Shown: positions 12,286-24,941 of the stretch, piece after piece
How positions within the stretch are numbered: position 1 is the stretch's first letter
Layout: the number at the start of each line of letters is the position of its first letter
NCBI GenBank assembly: GCA_048772705.1
Contig: JBLWGC010000085.1
Location: forward strand, 6,462 to 70,461
DNA length: 64,000 bases
From: Leidyana gryllorum EB-2025a
Lineage: Eukaryota; Protista; Apicomplexa
Direction of reading: 5' to 3'
Translations under genes and position numbers: made by a program
Notes under the pieces: model-generated
The model's input: only the letters and a program-made list of their open reading frames with translations
Told to the model about the DNA's origin: nothing
The model's database searches: none

Positions 12286-13513
12286 ATGGCTCCGACTCCA
12301 ATGGAACTAATGACATGTACAGGCGGCCGCGTGACGTGGGCTAGCCCTTTGCCAACGGTCTTGAAAAAGCCCTATCGAAAGATTGTCGTTGGCTTCGCTG
12401 TAACAAAATGGGAGTGGGTTCCCATTTTCAACGACGTGCTCAATACACACTTCCCCACCGAGGTCTACCCGTCTGACATCGCCCGAATTCTACTGGAGGA
12501 GGTGGAGCAGTCCGATGTTCTGGCAGTTATTTGCTATGGGACGTTTTCGCCATTGATGAGATTCGCAGGGTCCATTGGCGACGTTTTGCTCATCCCTTCC
12601 ATTCAGGACGTCTATCTGATGGACTGTATCCGGAGCATCTTCGATACGACTGATCCGGAAGCCTACCGGATGCTCCCACGGAAAACAGTGATTGGAATCA
12701 GTTTACAAGTTGCTAAAGGCTTGTCCGTCACTTCAGAAGATTGGTGCACTTCTGGACTTTCTGAGGTAAATTCAGCGATTGCACAGTGGAGGGAGCTTTG
12801 GAAACTACCGGACTCATGTGTGGACATCAGCAAAATGGTCCTTCCCCTGGGGGAGCGATGGAAGGCGAATCGGAAGCAACGACTGATCGAATTGCGAGAA
12901 TCGTAAGCGGGTCCCGTCCAATGTGCAATTTCACTTCAGCCTTCTTCCCCACCCAAACCCAATACTACGGGAACAAGTTGTACGTGACTGCTTACTGACG
13001 GCTGCTGTACGCAGCTGGAGTTCCCTGTCTCAGCTGCCTAAGATCGCCAACCTTCTGGGGGTCTTCCACGATCAGATGAACCGCCCAGAGTTAAGCACCC
13101 TGACGGTGGCGCCAACAACTCTGCTCGGCACTCCGCCGCTCGCCGTCAAAGGGAGTGAAGCTGTAGAGGCCCTTCCCGACTCTGAGACTGCAGAACGGCC
13201 GAACGAGACCACGCCTTCATCTCCCCCTCCTCAGCAGGGCGCTGTTGATGCAAAAAGGACGATCAACCTGGATCACACTCTGATCGAAAACCTAAAGACT
13301 TTGCGAACTGAGCTGTCAGACACCATCGGCTCGTTGGAGAGCACTTTGACTCCGGATGGGAGAGTGAAACTTGATGGCAGCGCAGCAACGCGATACTGTG
13401 GAGTCTTTCAGCAATTGGAGGAGACCATCATCCACCTCTCCCAAAGCTTTCGAGCGTTGACGCAGGCTGACGAAGGCTTTGAGGTCAAATCCTGTACACC
13501 TCCTTCAAGCTGA
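12286..13513 (+). CDS. Family A member 4, 2 exons
   Basis: IVVGF, LMRFAGSIGDVLLI, IFDT, LPRKTV. A 37-nt intron (12903-12939) joins in frame to the LIENLK coiled-coil ORF. The start is inferred from paralogs. Confidence 0.7.
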
Positions 13514-13795
13514 GTGGCGGCGATGCAGGTTGAAGAATTTGTAATTCGAGCACTTTTGGGGTGGTCTGATTCGAAAGGTTGGGAAACTACTGCTCTTCCC
13601 ATCTCATTCAGATTGGGGGAATGTGTTCACTAGAAGAACTTCAAATGAAAGAACTTCCAATGACCTTTAGTCAGATCAGTGTGTCGGAAATGTGATTGAG
13701 GTCCGCAGCAGTTTCAGCGTTCCAAGGCATCAGTAAGACTGGTGACACTGTGTGGTCTTTTATCTTCATCCAGCTTTTGGGAAGGAACAGACAAC

Positions 13796-15240
13796 ATGTT
13801 GAACTCGACTTCGAATCAGACCCTTCTAAGCGCCAACACATTGGGAGGTCCAATAGTCAAATCGACTGCCACTTTTGAGAATACGAAGCTCAAAAACTTT
13901 CGTCTTATAATTGTTGGATTCTCTGCTTACTCGCCACCCAACTCCCATAGATCGGGGTACAATCAGTTCGACAATCCAGACCCCAATGTTGCGTTAGTCC
14001 TCAACGAGCTCTATGGTTCCAGCTTCGATGTGTCCGCTTCATGCGGACGTGGTGATGGTAGAATTGTGATCGGTCCCGTGACGGATGTGGGGAGTTTGTT
14101 GGTCCATTGTGTTGGCGTCAATCCCCAACTACTGAGGTTCGGGGGGGTCATTGCTGATGTGTTGTTGATCTCCACCGTCGCCGACACAGCAGACTGCCGG
14201 CACAATATCTTTGATACCGAACATCTGCCGGCCTATCAACAACTCCCACCGAAAACCGTCGTGTTCGTCGATGCTCAGCGGCGAGACTCTTACCACACCT
14301 CAACAGTTGGGCTGCCAGAGGGAATGGCTCTCGTCAGCTCCGCTAAATCGTCATGGACAGATGGTCTGAGGACGATCGCACCGATCACCGACTTCACTTC
14401 TGTTGTCTCTGCTGAGAGGGACAGATCGTTGCAGCAAGCTAGATAGATCTCGTATTGATGAGCTAAAAAACGTCGTGAGTTCGCTTCCATCACGGCATAC
14501 ACTACAGTCACAGATTGCGTAACAAAGTGTGGAGCGGGAAGAGACGCTACGACGATGTCTCTTCCAGGCCGCCTATTAAGAGTGTGGGTTAGGTGGCCAT
14601 TTGCCTCTTCCAAGACTCTTATCGACCCTTGAGGCAAAGATGTCATCACCGACGTTGCTGAGTGGAGGTTTATTCGGGGGGGGGGGGGCCCTCCGTGGCA
14701 TCTCCTGAGGCGAATATGTCATCACCGACGTTGCTGAGTGGAAGTTTATTCGGGGGGGCCCCCTCCGTGGCATCTCCTGAAGTTCTATTCGCCAAAGGTT
14801 ATCGGTCAAAAGTCGCAGCTCCTGTGGTATCGGCGTTGGATAAAGGGTCGAAGCCTCGCCCAAAGCAATCATCGCTCGGATCGGTTTTCTCAAACTCCGA
14901 AGCTATTGACGTAGCTACACTTCCTGCTGAGCGCAAGGCTAAGACGCACTGCGATGCTGAGATTGCGCTGCCCCCGGTCAAACCCAAGCACAGCGTCGTA
15001 GAGGCCCTCCTCTATCTGAAGACGGACCTCAGTGCTGCCATCTCGTCATTCCAGAGGGCAAAAGATGCCAAAGACGATATCGAAGCGATTCACTACGAAG
15101 TCCGGAACTGTCGTGAAGTTCTTCATCGACTGGGTGAAGAGATAGTTCATCTCGGGTTGGAGCTGAGCAAGTTGGAGGAACAAGGTGATACACCATTCTC
15201 TGATCCCGCCATTTGTCCCAACTGCCGTCAATGTATGTGA
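13796..15240 (+). pseudogene. Family A member 5, disrupted
   Basis: LLRFGGVIADVLLI, IFDT, LPPKTV. A TAGA duplication at ~14440-14447 creates a stop, in-frame TAA codons follow, and the G13 run at 14676-14688 shifts the frame. C-terminal coiled coil plus CPNC. Confidence 0.65.
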
Positions 15241-15999
15241 GTGGGACAGCAGGGATGAGTCTCGAGTGTGTGGGTCCACCCGTACGAGTCACAAGTGTCG
15301 GCTCTGAATGGAAGAATCTTTGACCAGATCGCTGTTGGGCAACAAGAGCACTCGCATTTAAGACAGTCTCGTGCATCTGTAATATTGCGGGTCACAGCAC
15401 CACTTCGCTTGCGCACGCTTAGAGCACACCTCAAATGAGCTTTTAAGTTTTCGCATTCGCGTCATTGTGTCCTTCCGATCCTCCTCTGTCAAAAACAAAC
15501 ACAGTTTGTACCATTCGTGGCTGTATTACGGGCCCGTGAGTGGCGTCTCCGCGATTCCGGAATCTCCTCGGACTCGGCACAGTGTCTTCAAAGTTGGTCA
15601 ACGGTCGGTTGCCAGCACCCGCGGCCGAGAATATTTGCTGCTTCCCACAGGCTGTGCCGATCAGTCTCCTAAGCTCTTGTCGTCCCCATATGTCCACTGC
15701 ATCTCTGAACAACGGAGCTTAGGAGTACGTGGATTGACGCTCCTTCTGTGGTTCGCACAAGTCGAGGTCGCTGGAAGCCTCCGCATTGTGTGAGACAAGA
15801 CGTTTGATGAGTGAGACTCCCATTATTTCCATCCCATGCGCTGCAGCTCGCAGAGGTCCTCAGAGGCGCCAAGCTATGTTCCTCTGTCTCCCGAGAATCG
15901 ATCGATGGCCTCCCCAATCGAGAAGCTATGACTTGGATCTTGGCCGCGGGATCGGTGTGAAAGAACAAGAGATCTATACGGCCTGAAGGGTGCAAAAAG

Positions 16000-17229
16000 G
16001 CTCACAATAAGTTCTGTATTCTTGGCATCTACTTTTACTCGATGGTATCTGCGCGAGAGACCTCGACGAGCACGATGTTATCTCCTTGCCAGGTGCTAAT
16101 GAGCGGAGCACCACCGAAGATGCCGTATGTTTTTATATGATGCCTCCGAGGGCATTCAGCTGCGGAAGTTCCAAGAGATACTTGTCTCAGTCTCTCCTGA
16201 TACGGACACGTCGGAGGGGCCGACGATCTTCATCGCGCTCTATGGCTCCCGCTTCAAGCATCGGTCCAGTCTTGTGGAATGGTAGTCAATCTTGGTGACG
16301 GAGTTGAGATCTTTGTTGTGACGTTGTGTTGATGCCGATCGCCGACCACTGAGTTGCGCAGGACGCAGTGGAATGCGCTCTTTAGCCGCATCGTCGTCGA
16401 CGAGTGAACGTTCCCTAATTATACCTTCGATACGAAGCATTTGTTGCCTATGTCCAGCTACCCCGGAAAATCGTTGTGTTTCATAGTTGCCCGTCGAAAG
16501 CGATACATCGTGTCAACCAGATGAAAGCAAAGTGCAACGAGGCATTGGCGCCAATGATACCATTCACCGACTTCGACACATTGCTTTTATCCCAAGACTC
16601 AAGCGCTATCAAGGCGTACTTTTTGCTACGATAGCCGAGACTGTGGTGACTTTTCTTCCCTGAGTGTGTCACTCGAGTCGGAGGTTCCCGAGAATGAATA
16701 CCAGTTTGGGGGGTGAAGATATAATACGGCGCTGTCTCTTGCGACTGCTTACAAAGCGTGCCACATATTCAACCCATCGACTCCCACAAGACCCCTAACC
16801 GCTGTCGATGCGCTGCTCGAAGGCAACAAACTCCCATTTCCAACACCACAGCCGAAAGGGGTGCCGCCGGAGCCGCTCTCGCAAGAAGTGCAATGCACAT
16901 CCCCCCCGCAAAAACAGGAAGCGTCGGAAAGGGGTGCGCTTTTGGGAAGTAGCGACACAACATGCTCCTTCAAACCCGAGATCTCGGCGGAGTTACAGCG
17001 TCGTGGAGGGGTCAGCTACCCGAAGAGGGAACTCTTCTCCGCCGTCTCCTCATTCAAGGAGGCGAAAGATGCTGAATGGGACATCAAGGCACTCGACCGA
17101 GTCCGGCATTGCCATCAACTTATTCATCGATTGAGTGACGAAATTATCTTCTCGGGCTCGAGTTACGAACAGTTGGAGGGGAAAAATGAGGCGGCATCAT
17201 TTTCTGCCAATGTGTCTCAAGTGCGGTGA
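16000..17229 (+). pseudogene. Family A member 6, heavily degraded copy of member 5
   Basis: Nucleotide similarity to member 5 (ttcgatacgaagcatttg, ctaccccggaaaatcgttgtgttt, tcaccgacttc). YPKRELFSAVSSFKEAKDAE..VRHC matches YLKTDLSAAISSFQRAKDAK..VRNC. Many stops. Left boundary approximate. Confidence 0.6.
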
Positions 17230-19285
17230 ATGGGTGGGAGTGGAACGGGAAGGATCGGCATTTGAGACACGCCAGTCGAGACTCCAAAGCAGGAGAACCT
17301 CAGAAGTCTCGTACCCAATCTTTGTTGTCGCACAACTTGATCTCGCCCCACAGCGGTGCTGCCCGCGAGCACCCCCAGAGCACTTTCCATTCGACTAATG
17401 GATGTGATAAGCCATGCGAGATGCTTTCGGCACATACGTTTCCGTAGCCGCGGAGCAGTTGAGCGCGGAGTGGCGTCTGGCGCTATGTCGACATTCGCAG
17501 GGAACCGTTCGATAGGGTTAGAGCTTCCCCTACTCCGATCGTTGCAGTGCCGGACAGAACGCATGTAATGGCCTCATTCAGATCACGTCGATCCTTCCGC
17601 CGAGTATGTTCCCACAGACAAACAAGTCATACTCGCCAAATAACCGGAATGGTGGGATATACTTGTTGCAGAATGGTCTCCAGCAAGTCATGCCGCCTCA
17701 ATACAACTTAACGTCACCGGTCTACCCATTGTCTCTTTTGGTAACACAACCGCGGCACCAATGGCAGTCATTGTGGGGACTACATATTAGCTCAGCATTG
17801 CGTCGGGCAATCCAACAAAAGGGGGGCTCTCTGCTTTGTTTTATCACCACGCGATCAATTTCTCGTCAGTTTACGTATCTCATTAGAAGGGCCATTTGTG
17901 ATCGGCTTACCATCGTTGGGTTGCTTCATGCCGACGAGTAGCCCTCGTAATCGTTGAGGTCCCGTCTGAAGCCCGAAAGCGTTTAGTAGAGTTGAGGAAT
18001 GCCCAAACGTGCCGTCACTATTCAGCATATCTGTGACGCTCGCACCATCGTCGGGCTTGTGGACCTATTCGGAATCGCTCTTGTTCCCTTCTTGTTGAGA
18101 GACTCCAGATGAACGTCGACTTCGCCATTATCAAAATCGGCAACGAAGACTTGCACTCCGGCCATCAGGACTGTAGTCCAGGAAGGCAGATATTGCCAGT
18201 TTGAGATTGGATCAAAACGACATCTTCCGCAACGAGGGGACAGCGAAACATGAAGAAAAGTGGCAGAGGCAGCAAGGGGGTGTCTCATATGCTGTAAGCA
18301 CATCACGACCACCGATATGTCATTCAACATATCCAGATCACCATCAGCACAATGGAGACTCTTTTTACCCCACATCTTTTTGTCACGAGCGAGCGAGAAC
18401 AATCAATCTTCAGCTTTATCCTGAGTTGAACTCAATTTGTCAGAAGCACTCCAAACCCTCAGAGTCACTCCAATTCCTCACAGCTCCGAGAAGTGGTGCC
18501 GGAGGAAATTATTTTGGCCAACCCTTGGGCCTCTGGCAGGTGAGGACTCAGTCCCTCACGCTAGCTCCATCTCGACAAGCACTCAAATCATCGTAGATCC
18601 ACAATCATAACCAATCACCTCATGAAAAGTTTGCGTACGAGTCCGGAACCTCTCAACATTCCAAAATGGCGCTCGTCTCCGCACAACACAGCCCATAGCT
18701 CCGTCCAAACGAATGAATCCAACGTCAGACCAGAGGTCCTCAAGAAACTCGAAGCGTTAAAGCGAGCGCCTCACTGCACCATCTAGTAAAAGGCGAGAGG
18801 GTGATAAGTGTTGAGGCTCTCCACACGAATTTTGGAGCTGAGACCCGCCAGCCGCCGGAGACGGCGTGTGTACTGGATGTAACGGATGGGTAATCGACTT
18901 TGTCGACCCAACCAATGATCTGAAGTGATGTCGGCCCACCGCTGATCGATGTTTGACTGACACTCGCCTGGTGGGATAACTTCCCATTGTGACCCGGTTG
19001 GGAGGCGATACTAACACACTGAAGCAGATCTTAAGGTCCCTCAGGCTGGGCTGGAGACTCTGGACGGTGCTCACCCGAAGGTGTGCACAGTCAAGGGACA
19101 CCCGTGTGGTCACACCAGGCTGGGAACAGAGCGGGTCAGCCACACACTTTGGACAGGGTGGGGGAGAACCAAATGGAACTGCTTCTTTTATCAATTCTCA
19201 ATTCGTTGACTTTTATGCGGGTGGGTGTCGGTCGAGGGGGAGACGAGACGGGACTGATATTTTCAACAAAACTTCGAATAAAACT

Positions 19286-19450
19286 CAACTTACCTGCGGG
19301 TTGCAGTGTCTGGCTCAAGAAGCGATGCGCAGGGGGAGGAGCAACCACTGCACTCTGGTGAATGTAAGTCCCTCGGGAGGGTCACACATAGTGTGGTTCT
19401 CCCACCTGAGACTTTCTGAGAGGGCGGACGGGGCTCGACTCGACGCCGAC
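19286..19450 (+). ncRNA. U1: U1 spliceosomal snRNA (variant)
   Basis: 5' ACUUACCUG. Helix H CGGGU/ACCUG. SL1 loop GCUCAAGAAG (70K-site-like). SL2 GGGGGA/UCCCUC and ACCA/UGGU with loop CUGCACUC (U1A-site-like). SL3 GGGAGGGUCACAC-AUA-GUGUGGUUCUCCC. Sm-like ACUUUCUG. SL4 GGCG...CGCC. Length ~165 nt. Confidence 0.88.
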
Positions 19451-21740
19451 ATTCGAGACTAATTTGAGCAAATTGAGTGAGATCGGTCAATCACATCGAG
19501 ACCCCCAGGATGCGACAGCTTTATGTTGATGGACAGTTGACTCGGACGACGATGAAAAAGGAGGTGGACACTCTGTGTGGTACGCGGTTGTCATATTAAT
19601 GAAATCTTCAAGTCGGGGATGAGGGAGGCTAATTATGAGTATGAGGTGCATTTAGGTGGTGGTCGGGTGGCGCCACAGAGCAGCCGTGCCCTCCGTGCAG
19701 ACCCTTGGAGACATCTCGTAACTGACAGTGACTTATGTCGCCATGTACGTGCACTCGCGAGGTATTGCCTAGATCTCCTGGATCGCTGCCGTTTGCAATA
19801 TCTGCCTCGTTCTCGAGAGCGTGCCGTGCCAACTTCCACAAGATCTGAAATGGCCAAATATTGTAACAGCCGATCTGCTAATTGTTCGGATGCGTGGTGT
19901 AAGCATCACTGTTCCCGCTCCCGTTTCCTCAGTGAGACGACCTCGTCGGGCGTATGGGTGCATGAGTAAAGCGCTCTATTCGGTGGAGGGCAAATGGGAA
20001 ACGTAATGGCAGCTTAACCTGGGACACTTTGTGCATCTGTGTACTGTCGCCGCAGCCACTGTGACTTGAAACCCGTGCGCCCCACGACACAAGATCGGAA
20101 CTTTCTGTGAGGCGGAAGTGGACTGGGATCTCCACGATCTGAAAGAATCTTGTCTCGAGTTCGGGACACTGATTCCTTGGTTCGGCCGACTCTGATTCGG
20201 AGACGCCGTGGGAGTTGGGGGCACGAGAAGTCATTGTGTCGCTCCTGTCCGCCGTCTCCGAATGAGGGCCGCTCAAACTCCCACCCGCCTGTCTCGATTC
20301 CCTGTAAAAAATCTTTTCACATCGTCAACCGCAAACGACACCAGGGGCGTCTCATCTCTCTCGCCGAATATGACTTCCAACGTAGTGCCAAATCCGAGAT
20401 CAGCTACTTCCTCAATCAATGTGAAATTTTTCTTACACCCTCACGAAGTTAGCCGACAGGTATCAATGTATACGTCAGTCTGCCCGCTCCCGTCTCCGCT
20501 TTCGTTGCCTTCCATACCACCACCCGAAACACATCACATGTAGCCAGAAGCTTACAGCAAATATTGTCTGATCTCCACCCTTGAGTTTTGCCTCAAGAAC
20601 ACACAAAACCTTGTGAACAGAGTCGTGGAGTGTGGAAGGCCCTGTGGCACAGTTGCCAATCACACCGGTTGCAGCCGCCGTGTGATCTTAAACGGAACGG
20701 GCTTCTTGAGCTGCGCCGAGACGCAACGCCGAGTCTCCAGACGGAAGGACGTGGAGGAGACTTCATCTGTCTCCAGGGTATCATGGCCTGAGCCCCACGA
20801 CGACCGCGAGCCATATATTTTCCCGCCCCTCTGCGTAGAGTATTGTGCAGAACACATTCAAAAGGCCCCGTATCCCCAATCTGGGTCAGAGGAAGCGACA
20901 ATTCGCGAGTCGAAAGATCAAACAGTTCCGACTTGCGCATCCACGATCTGCCGAACATATAGCGGCCAATCTGTCTGAATATCGAAGATCCCGAGAAGCC
21001 ATCATGCACCTACCGACGAAGTCTATCACCTACACCCCACATGTCTTCCGTCGTCGAGAGCACAGGCGGTGTCAGGGTGAATTTGTCTTGCCGGTCTCAC
21101 CTGTTTCAGAGAGGGGAATGGGGAACAGGTAATGATGTTCTTTCGTCACCGTCGACGAGGGAGACATGGTCCTGTTGGAGCCCCTATCGGGGAGCAGCAA
21201 TGTCTGTCACCATGGCGGGCTATGTATCGTTGGCCAGGGTCTCCACCTCAGGGGCACTTTTCGACTCGTAACAAATGTATGGGTACTACCCTTACTTGCC
21301 ACTTACTCGGTTCACCATTGTGGCGTCATCGAAAGGACGAGAAGTGTCGCGTCCATAAGGCCCTCTAGTGTTTGAGTGGATTGACGGCTCCTAAGCGTGC
21401 ACTGAAGACGAGCGTCGGAAGAGAGAGCGTCCACTGTTTCCCACTCGCCGTTGACTCGTTGATGACAACGGCACAGTGTTTTCATGTGGCCCATTCCGTT
21501 AATGAGTGTATTCCCGATGATCCCAGCGCTCAGTGCGTCAGGAACTCTGTACTCGTGGAAACGCGCTTGCCGGGTCAGTAAGCCTCGCGAGCGCGTCACA
21601 GTTGGCTGGACAAATTCTATGCAGAAATCCCCCCCCACGGTCCCGTGCCACTTTCCAACCACAAAGCGCAAACCAACCACCAACTTCTAATCAACACTTC
21701 GGAAAACACTGTGACTTCTACTGCCAATCCATTCAAGATC

Positions 21741-24700
21741 ATGGCTTCCGTCAACATGTCCGCTACTCAACAGGTCCGCGTATCCCAATGGCTCCCAGTG
21801 TCAGCGAAGACATCTCTTCAGATGTCTGGGTCTACTCAGACCCCCATTGAACAAGGGGTATACCTGCCCCTTGTCGATTGTGTTGGCCGCCTTGTTTTGT
21901 TGGGAGAGTGCGGAACGGTGAGAGACCACTTAGATGTGGATGACACCCCCGCCTCCCCATGTTCTATCGAGCTCGTGACCTTTTATAAGTCACTGATCGA
22001 CCGTATCTTCCAACTACCACAACGTCCAACAGGAGCGTGTCGAGAGCTGGAACAAATTTTGGTGGACTTCATTCGACATGCCATCGATGTCGAGAAGCTT
22101 GATACGTGTCTTCCGAACGCCTCGGTAGATGATGCCTTCCGGATCTTCGAGAGTTCTGTAAAGAACGCCCGAAGTCGGATGAACGTGTTCATCGACAAGT
22201 GTATGGAGGTGGTGTCTACCGAGGAATTCGGAGCCATTTCAACAAGCTGGACCACTTATCGGACTGCCCTTGAATTGGCCTTGGTTTCAGCTCAAGAATT
22301 CACCAAGGCCCGTCAATCTGCCGCCAAAAGCGCCGAGAATACTCGGGCACAGCAGCGCAGGCGTCAGGAACGGGTTCTGGACTTCGAGCTGGATTATCTA
22401 CTTAGAACGTTAAAGAAATCGACCCCCGTGAGCTTCTTGGCGAGTTTCGTAGACTCAGGACATGATCCTACGCCCTCAGCACTCACCCTTAGCACGAATA
22501 GGAAGTCGAGGAGCCCCCTCCCTCGTCCGAAAGCCGTCTCCACCATCAACCAATCCCCCACCATGACCGGGTTGTGTCCACCTACTACAGCCTCTCCGTC
22601 ACGCTCATCGGAGGCAGAGGCTACCGAGCCGCTCTTCACAAAGGGTTACACGGAGTTTGCCCATCCATCCTCCTCCCCCCCCCCTTTCCATGAACATGAA
22701 ACCACTTCCGTCCCTGAAGTGACGGTAGGCATCGGGCCACATGATCCAATTAACAACATCGATCCCCCTCAGCCCTCGCCCTTCCACCCGTCACTACACT
22801 CATTTGGACCAACTGCACACACAGATGTTATCAGGATCGAGCCAGTCAAAGCTGCAGCTGAATCGCCCTCGCTTGTCCCGCCCTTAGCACACTCATTCGA
22901 AACCCCTGACGTGACTCAAAACGACACTCTCAAATGCACAGCCCCCGCTCAGGCAATTAACCACAGAGTTTCGCCAAATCCGGTCTGTCCTCTGCCTGAA
23001 GAAGAGAACGAGGTGTCCTTGGTGCCTGCACAGTGTCCACCTTCCGATCCTTGTAGTCACGACTTCGAGAGCCATGTGACAGAGGAAGCCGTGAGCTGTT
23101 CTGCGTTGCCACCCGCCGTTAGTCTTTCGTCAGATGACTTGACTCTCGGCGAGAGAGAGTCAGCTGGCTTATCCGACACCAAAGAGTCGCCGAACGTCCA
23201 GTTGAAACCAAAATCGCCACACCACCCCCGACGCCAATCTGTATCACAAAAATGCTCAGATCCTTCGTGGAGTTCTAGTGCGTCCCCGGTGAGTTCTGAC
23301 TGTCTTCTTGATGATGAGGACCCCTGGGCTGTGCACGAGGCTGTTTCCTCGGTCTGCCTGGGCCCCAGAGAGGGTGTTCCCGATGATGAATCAAAGACCC
23401 CCAGCGGCGAGGGGACATGTCAAGATCGGTCTTCCAATACACCTGCCGGCCCCGACTACTCCTCATCTCCCCTTCCTTCTGAAATTGACGGGGCATTGTC
23501 TGCAGCACCGAGTGAGTTGCGATCTGAGTCGATCAAAGAAAAAGAAGCTGGAACGCAAGAAGAAATGAAGCTGGAAGATCAGATGGAGACTCACAACAAT
23601 GAGAGTTACAGAGTCAGCGGTAGTTCACTCGTGACCGAGGAGTCTCTCCAGAGGTTCGGCGATGACCAACCCGCGCCCCATTCATATAATATCACCCCCA
23701 AGGTGCCTCCGCCAGTTGAAGAAGAATCCCTTCCGCTTGAGATCGACGATTCCCCTTTGAAACTAACGGAGACCACAAACTCCGTGCAGTGTGGGGCTGA
23801 TCTCAAACCCGAATACCGCTGCCACAATGAAGAGAGACCTGTTGCCTTGCCACCGATCGCTGAAGACGCGGTAGCCGAAACGCAAAACTCTGCCGTCGAG
23901 ACAGCTCCCATCCGAGCTGCTCCCGTTGAAAACTTGCCGACGTATCAGCTCAGACCGAACAAAGACGGGCTTCCAGGTCAACCCATCGGTCAGGATGCTA
24001 AAGGACGGACTTGCTTCTTGATTGGATGCCCCAACAGCCCTCAGACGGACTCCGTGTCTCACGACGAAACTGTTGTGGGGGCGACGGTCGGACCCGGAAT
24101 CCGGCTGTGTGATTTCCCCATAACCCCGAGAGGTGACTTCGCTGACACCTCTAGCCTCTATCAACAAAGCGAAGCACAACGCATCAAGAACCAACAGCGC
24201 CGAGAGGAGTCGCGAGCAAAGCGATTGAGCAAAGAAGACGAGAAACGGCGTCTTGTTCAAGAGAGGCGTGCCAAAGCGCTGGCCGACAAGGAAGAAAGTC
24301 GGAGACGACTGGAAGAAGTGCGGGCCCACCACTCCAGTGGTCGGCAGGGCCTCAGGGACAGGGCAAGGATACAACCACTTGTTCGCCCCCTTGCAGCATT
24401 GCAGGGAATGCCAGAGAGGCAAAGCGCCCCTCTCAAGCCCCCCCGACAACCTCCCCGCTCAATCAAGCGACGCACGTTACCCGCCCTGCAGGATCATGAG
24501 CCTCAGCCTACGTGTGAGACGTCTATCAACTCCGTTCGGGAAAGACATTCCCGGCACGCAACGGCCGACTCAAACGTGGAGTCGGCTGTTAATGGGGTGT
24601 CCGACAAAGACATCGATCAAGAAGGCGGATCTTATCGGCCAATAAATGGAGGGACGAATGCACCTGGACTCAAAACGGAGAGATTGGTGAGCCACTCGAA

Positions 24701-24941
24701 CCTCTCTGTGGATGAAACAGTTCCGAACGAGTTGGAAGGCGAGAACGACCACGTATCACCGGCCTTGCAAAACCCGGGTGGCCGGACTAGAGTGGGCAAT
24801 AGATCGACGGAAGGCCCTGAAAGTGCTCAAGTCGAGGGAGGACAACAGAATGGAATGAGAAATCAGCGAGTCACCCCTCCGCAATCGAACAGTCTTTTTT
24901 GCCTCCAATGGAAGAAGACCCGCCGGCGGCGACATCAATAA
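21741..24941 (+). CDS. Family B member 1: helical N-terminal domain, long P/S/E-rich disordered region, basic C-terminus; single long ORF
   Basis: Shares TQQ.....W, LPLVD..GR...LG.C, DF.DT..LY, R..NQ.RR and RLE.VRA.H..GR...R...I.PLVR with 26009..28303. Confidence 0.75.
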   Translation: MASVNMSATQQVRVSQWLPVSAKTSLQMSGSTQTPIEQGVYLPLVDCVGRLVLLGECGTVRDHLDVDDTPASPCSIELVTFYKSLIDRIFQLPQRPTGACRELEQILVDFIRHAIDVEKLDTCLPNASVDDAFRIFESSVKNARSRMNVFIDKCMEVVSTEEFGAISTSWTTYRTALELALVSAQEFTKARQSAAKSAENTRAQQRRRQERVLDFELDYLLRTLKKSTPVSFLASFVDSGHDPTPSALTLSTNRKSRSPLPRPKAVSTINQSPTMTGLCPPTTASPSRSSEAEATEPLFTKGYTEFAHPSSSPPPFHEHETTSVPEVTVGIGPHDPINNIDPPQPSPFHPSLHSFGPTAHTDVIRIEPVKAAAESPSLVPPLAHSFETPDVTQNDTLKCTAPAQAINHRVSPNPVCPLPEEENEVSLVPAQCPPSDPCSHDFESHVTEEAVSCSALPPAVSLSSDDLTLGERESAGLSDTKESPNVQLKPKSPHHPRRQSVSQKCSDPSWSSSASPVSSDCLLDDEDPWAVHEAVSSVCLGPREGVPDDESKTPSGEGTCQDRSSNTPAGPDYSSSPLPSEIDGALSAAPSELRSESIKEKEAGTQEEMKLEDQMETHNNESYRVSGSSLVTEESLQRFGDDQPAPHSYNITPKVPPPVEEESLPLEIDDSPLKLTETTNSVQCGADLKPEYRCHNEERPVALPPIAEDAVAETQNSAVETAPIRAAPVENLPTYQLRPNKDGLPGQPIGQDAKGRTCFLIGCPNSPQTDSVSHDETVVGATVGPGIRLCDFPITPRGDFADTSSLYQQSEAQRIKNQQRREESRAKRLSKEDEKRRLVQERRAKALADKEESRRRLEEVRAHHSSGRQGLRDRARIQPLVRPLAALQGMPERQSAPLKPPRQPPRSIKRRTLPALQDHEPQPTCETSINSVRERHSRHATADSNVESAVNGVSDKDIDQEGGSYRPINGGTNAPGLKTERLVSHSNLSVDETVPNELEGENDHVSPALQNPGGRTRVGNRSTEGPESAQVEGGQQNGMRNQRVTPPQSNSLFCLQWKKTRRRRHQ

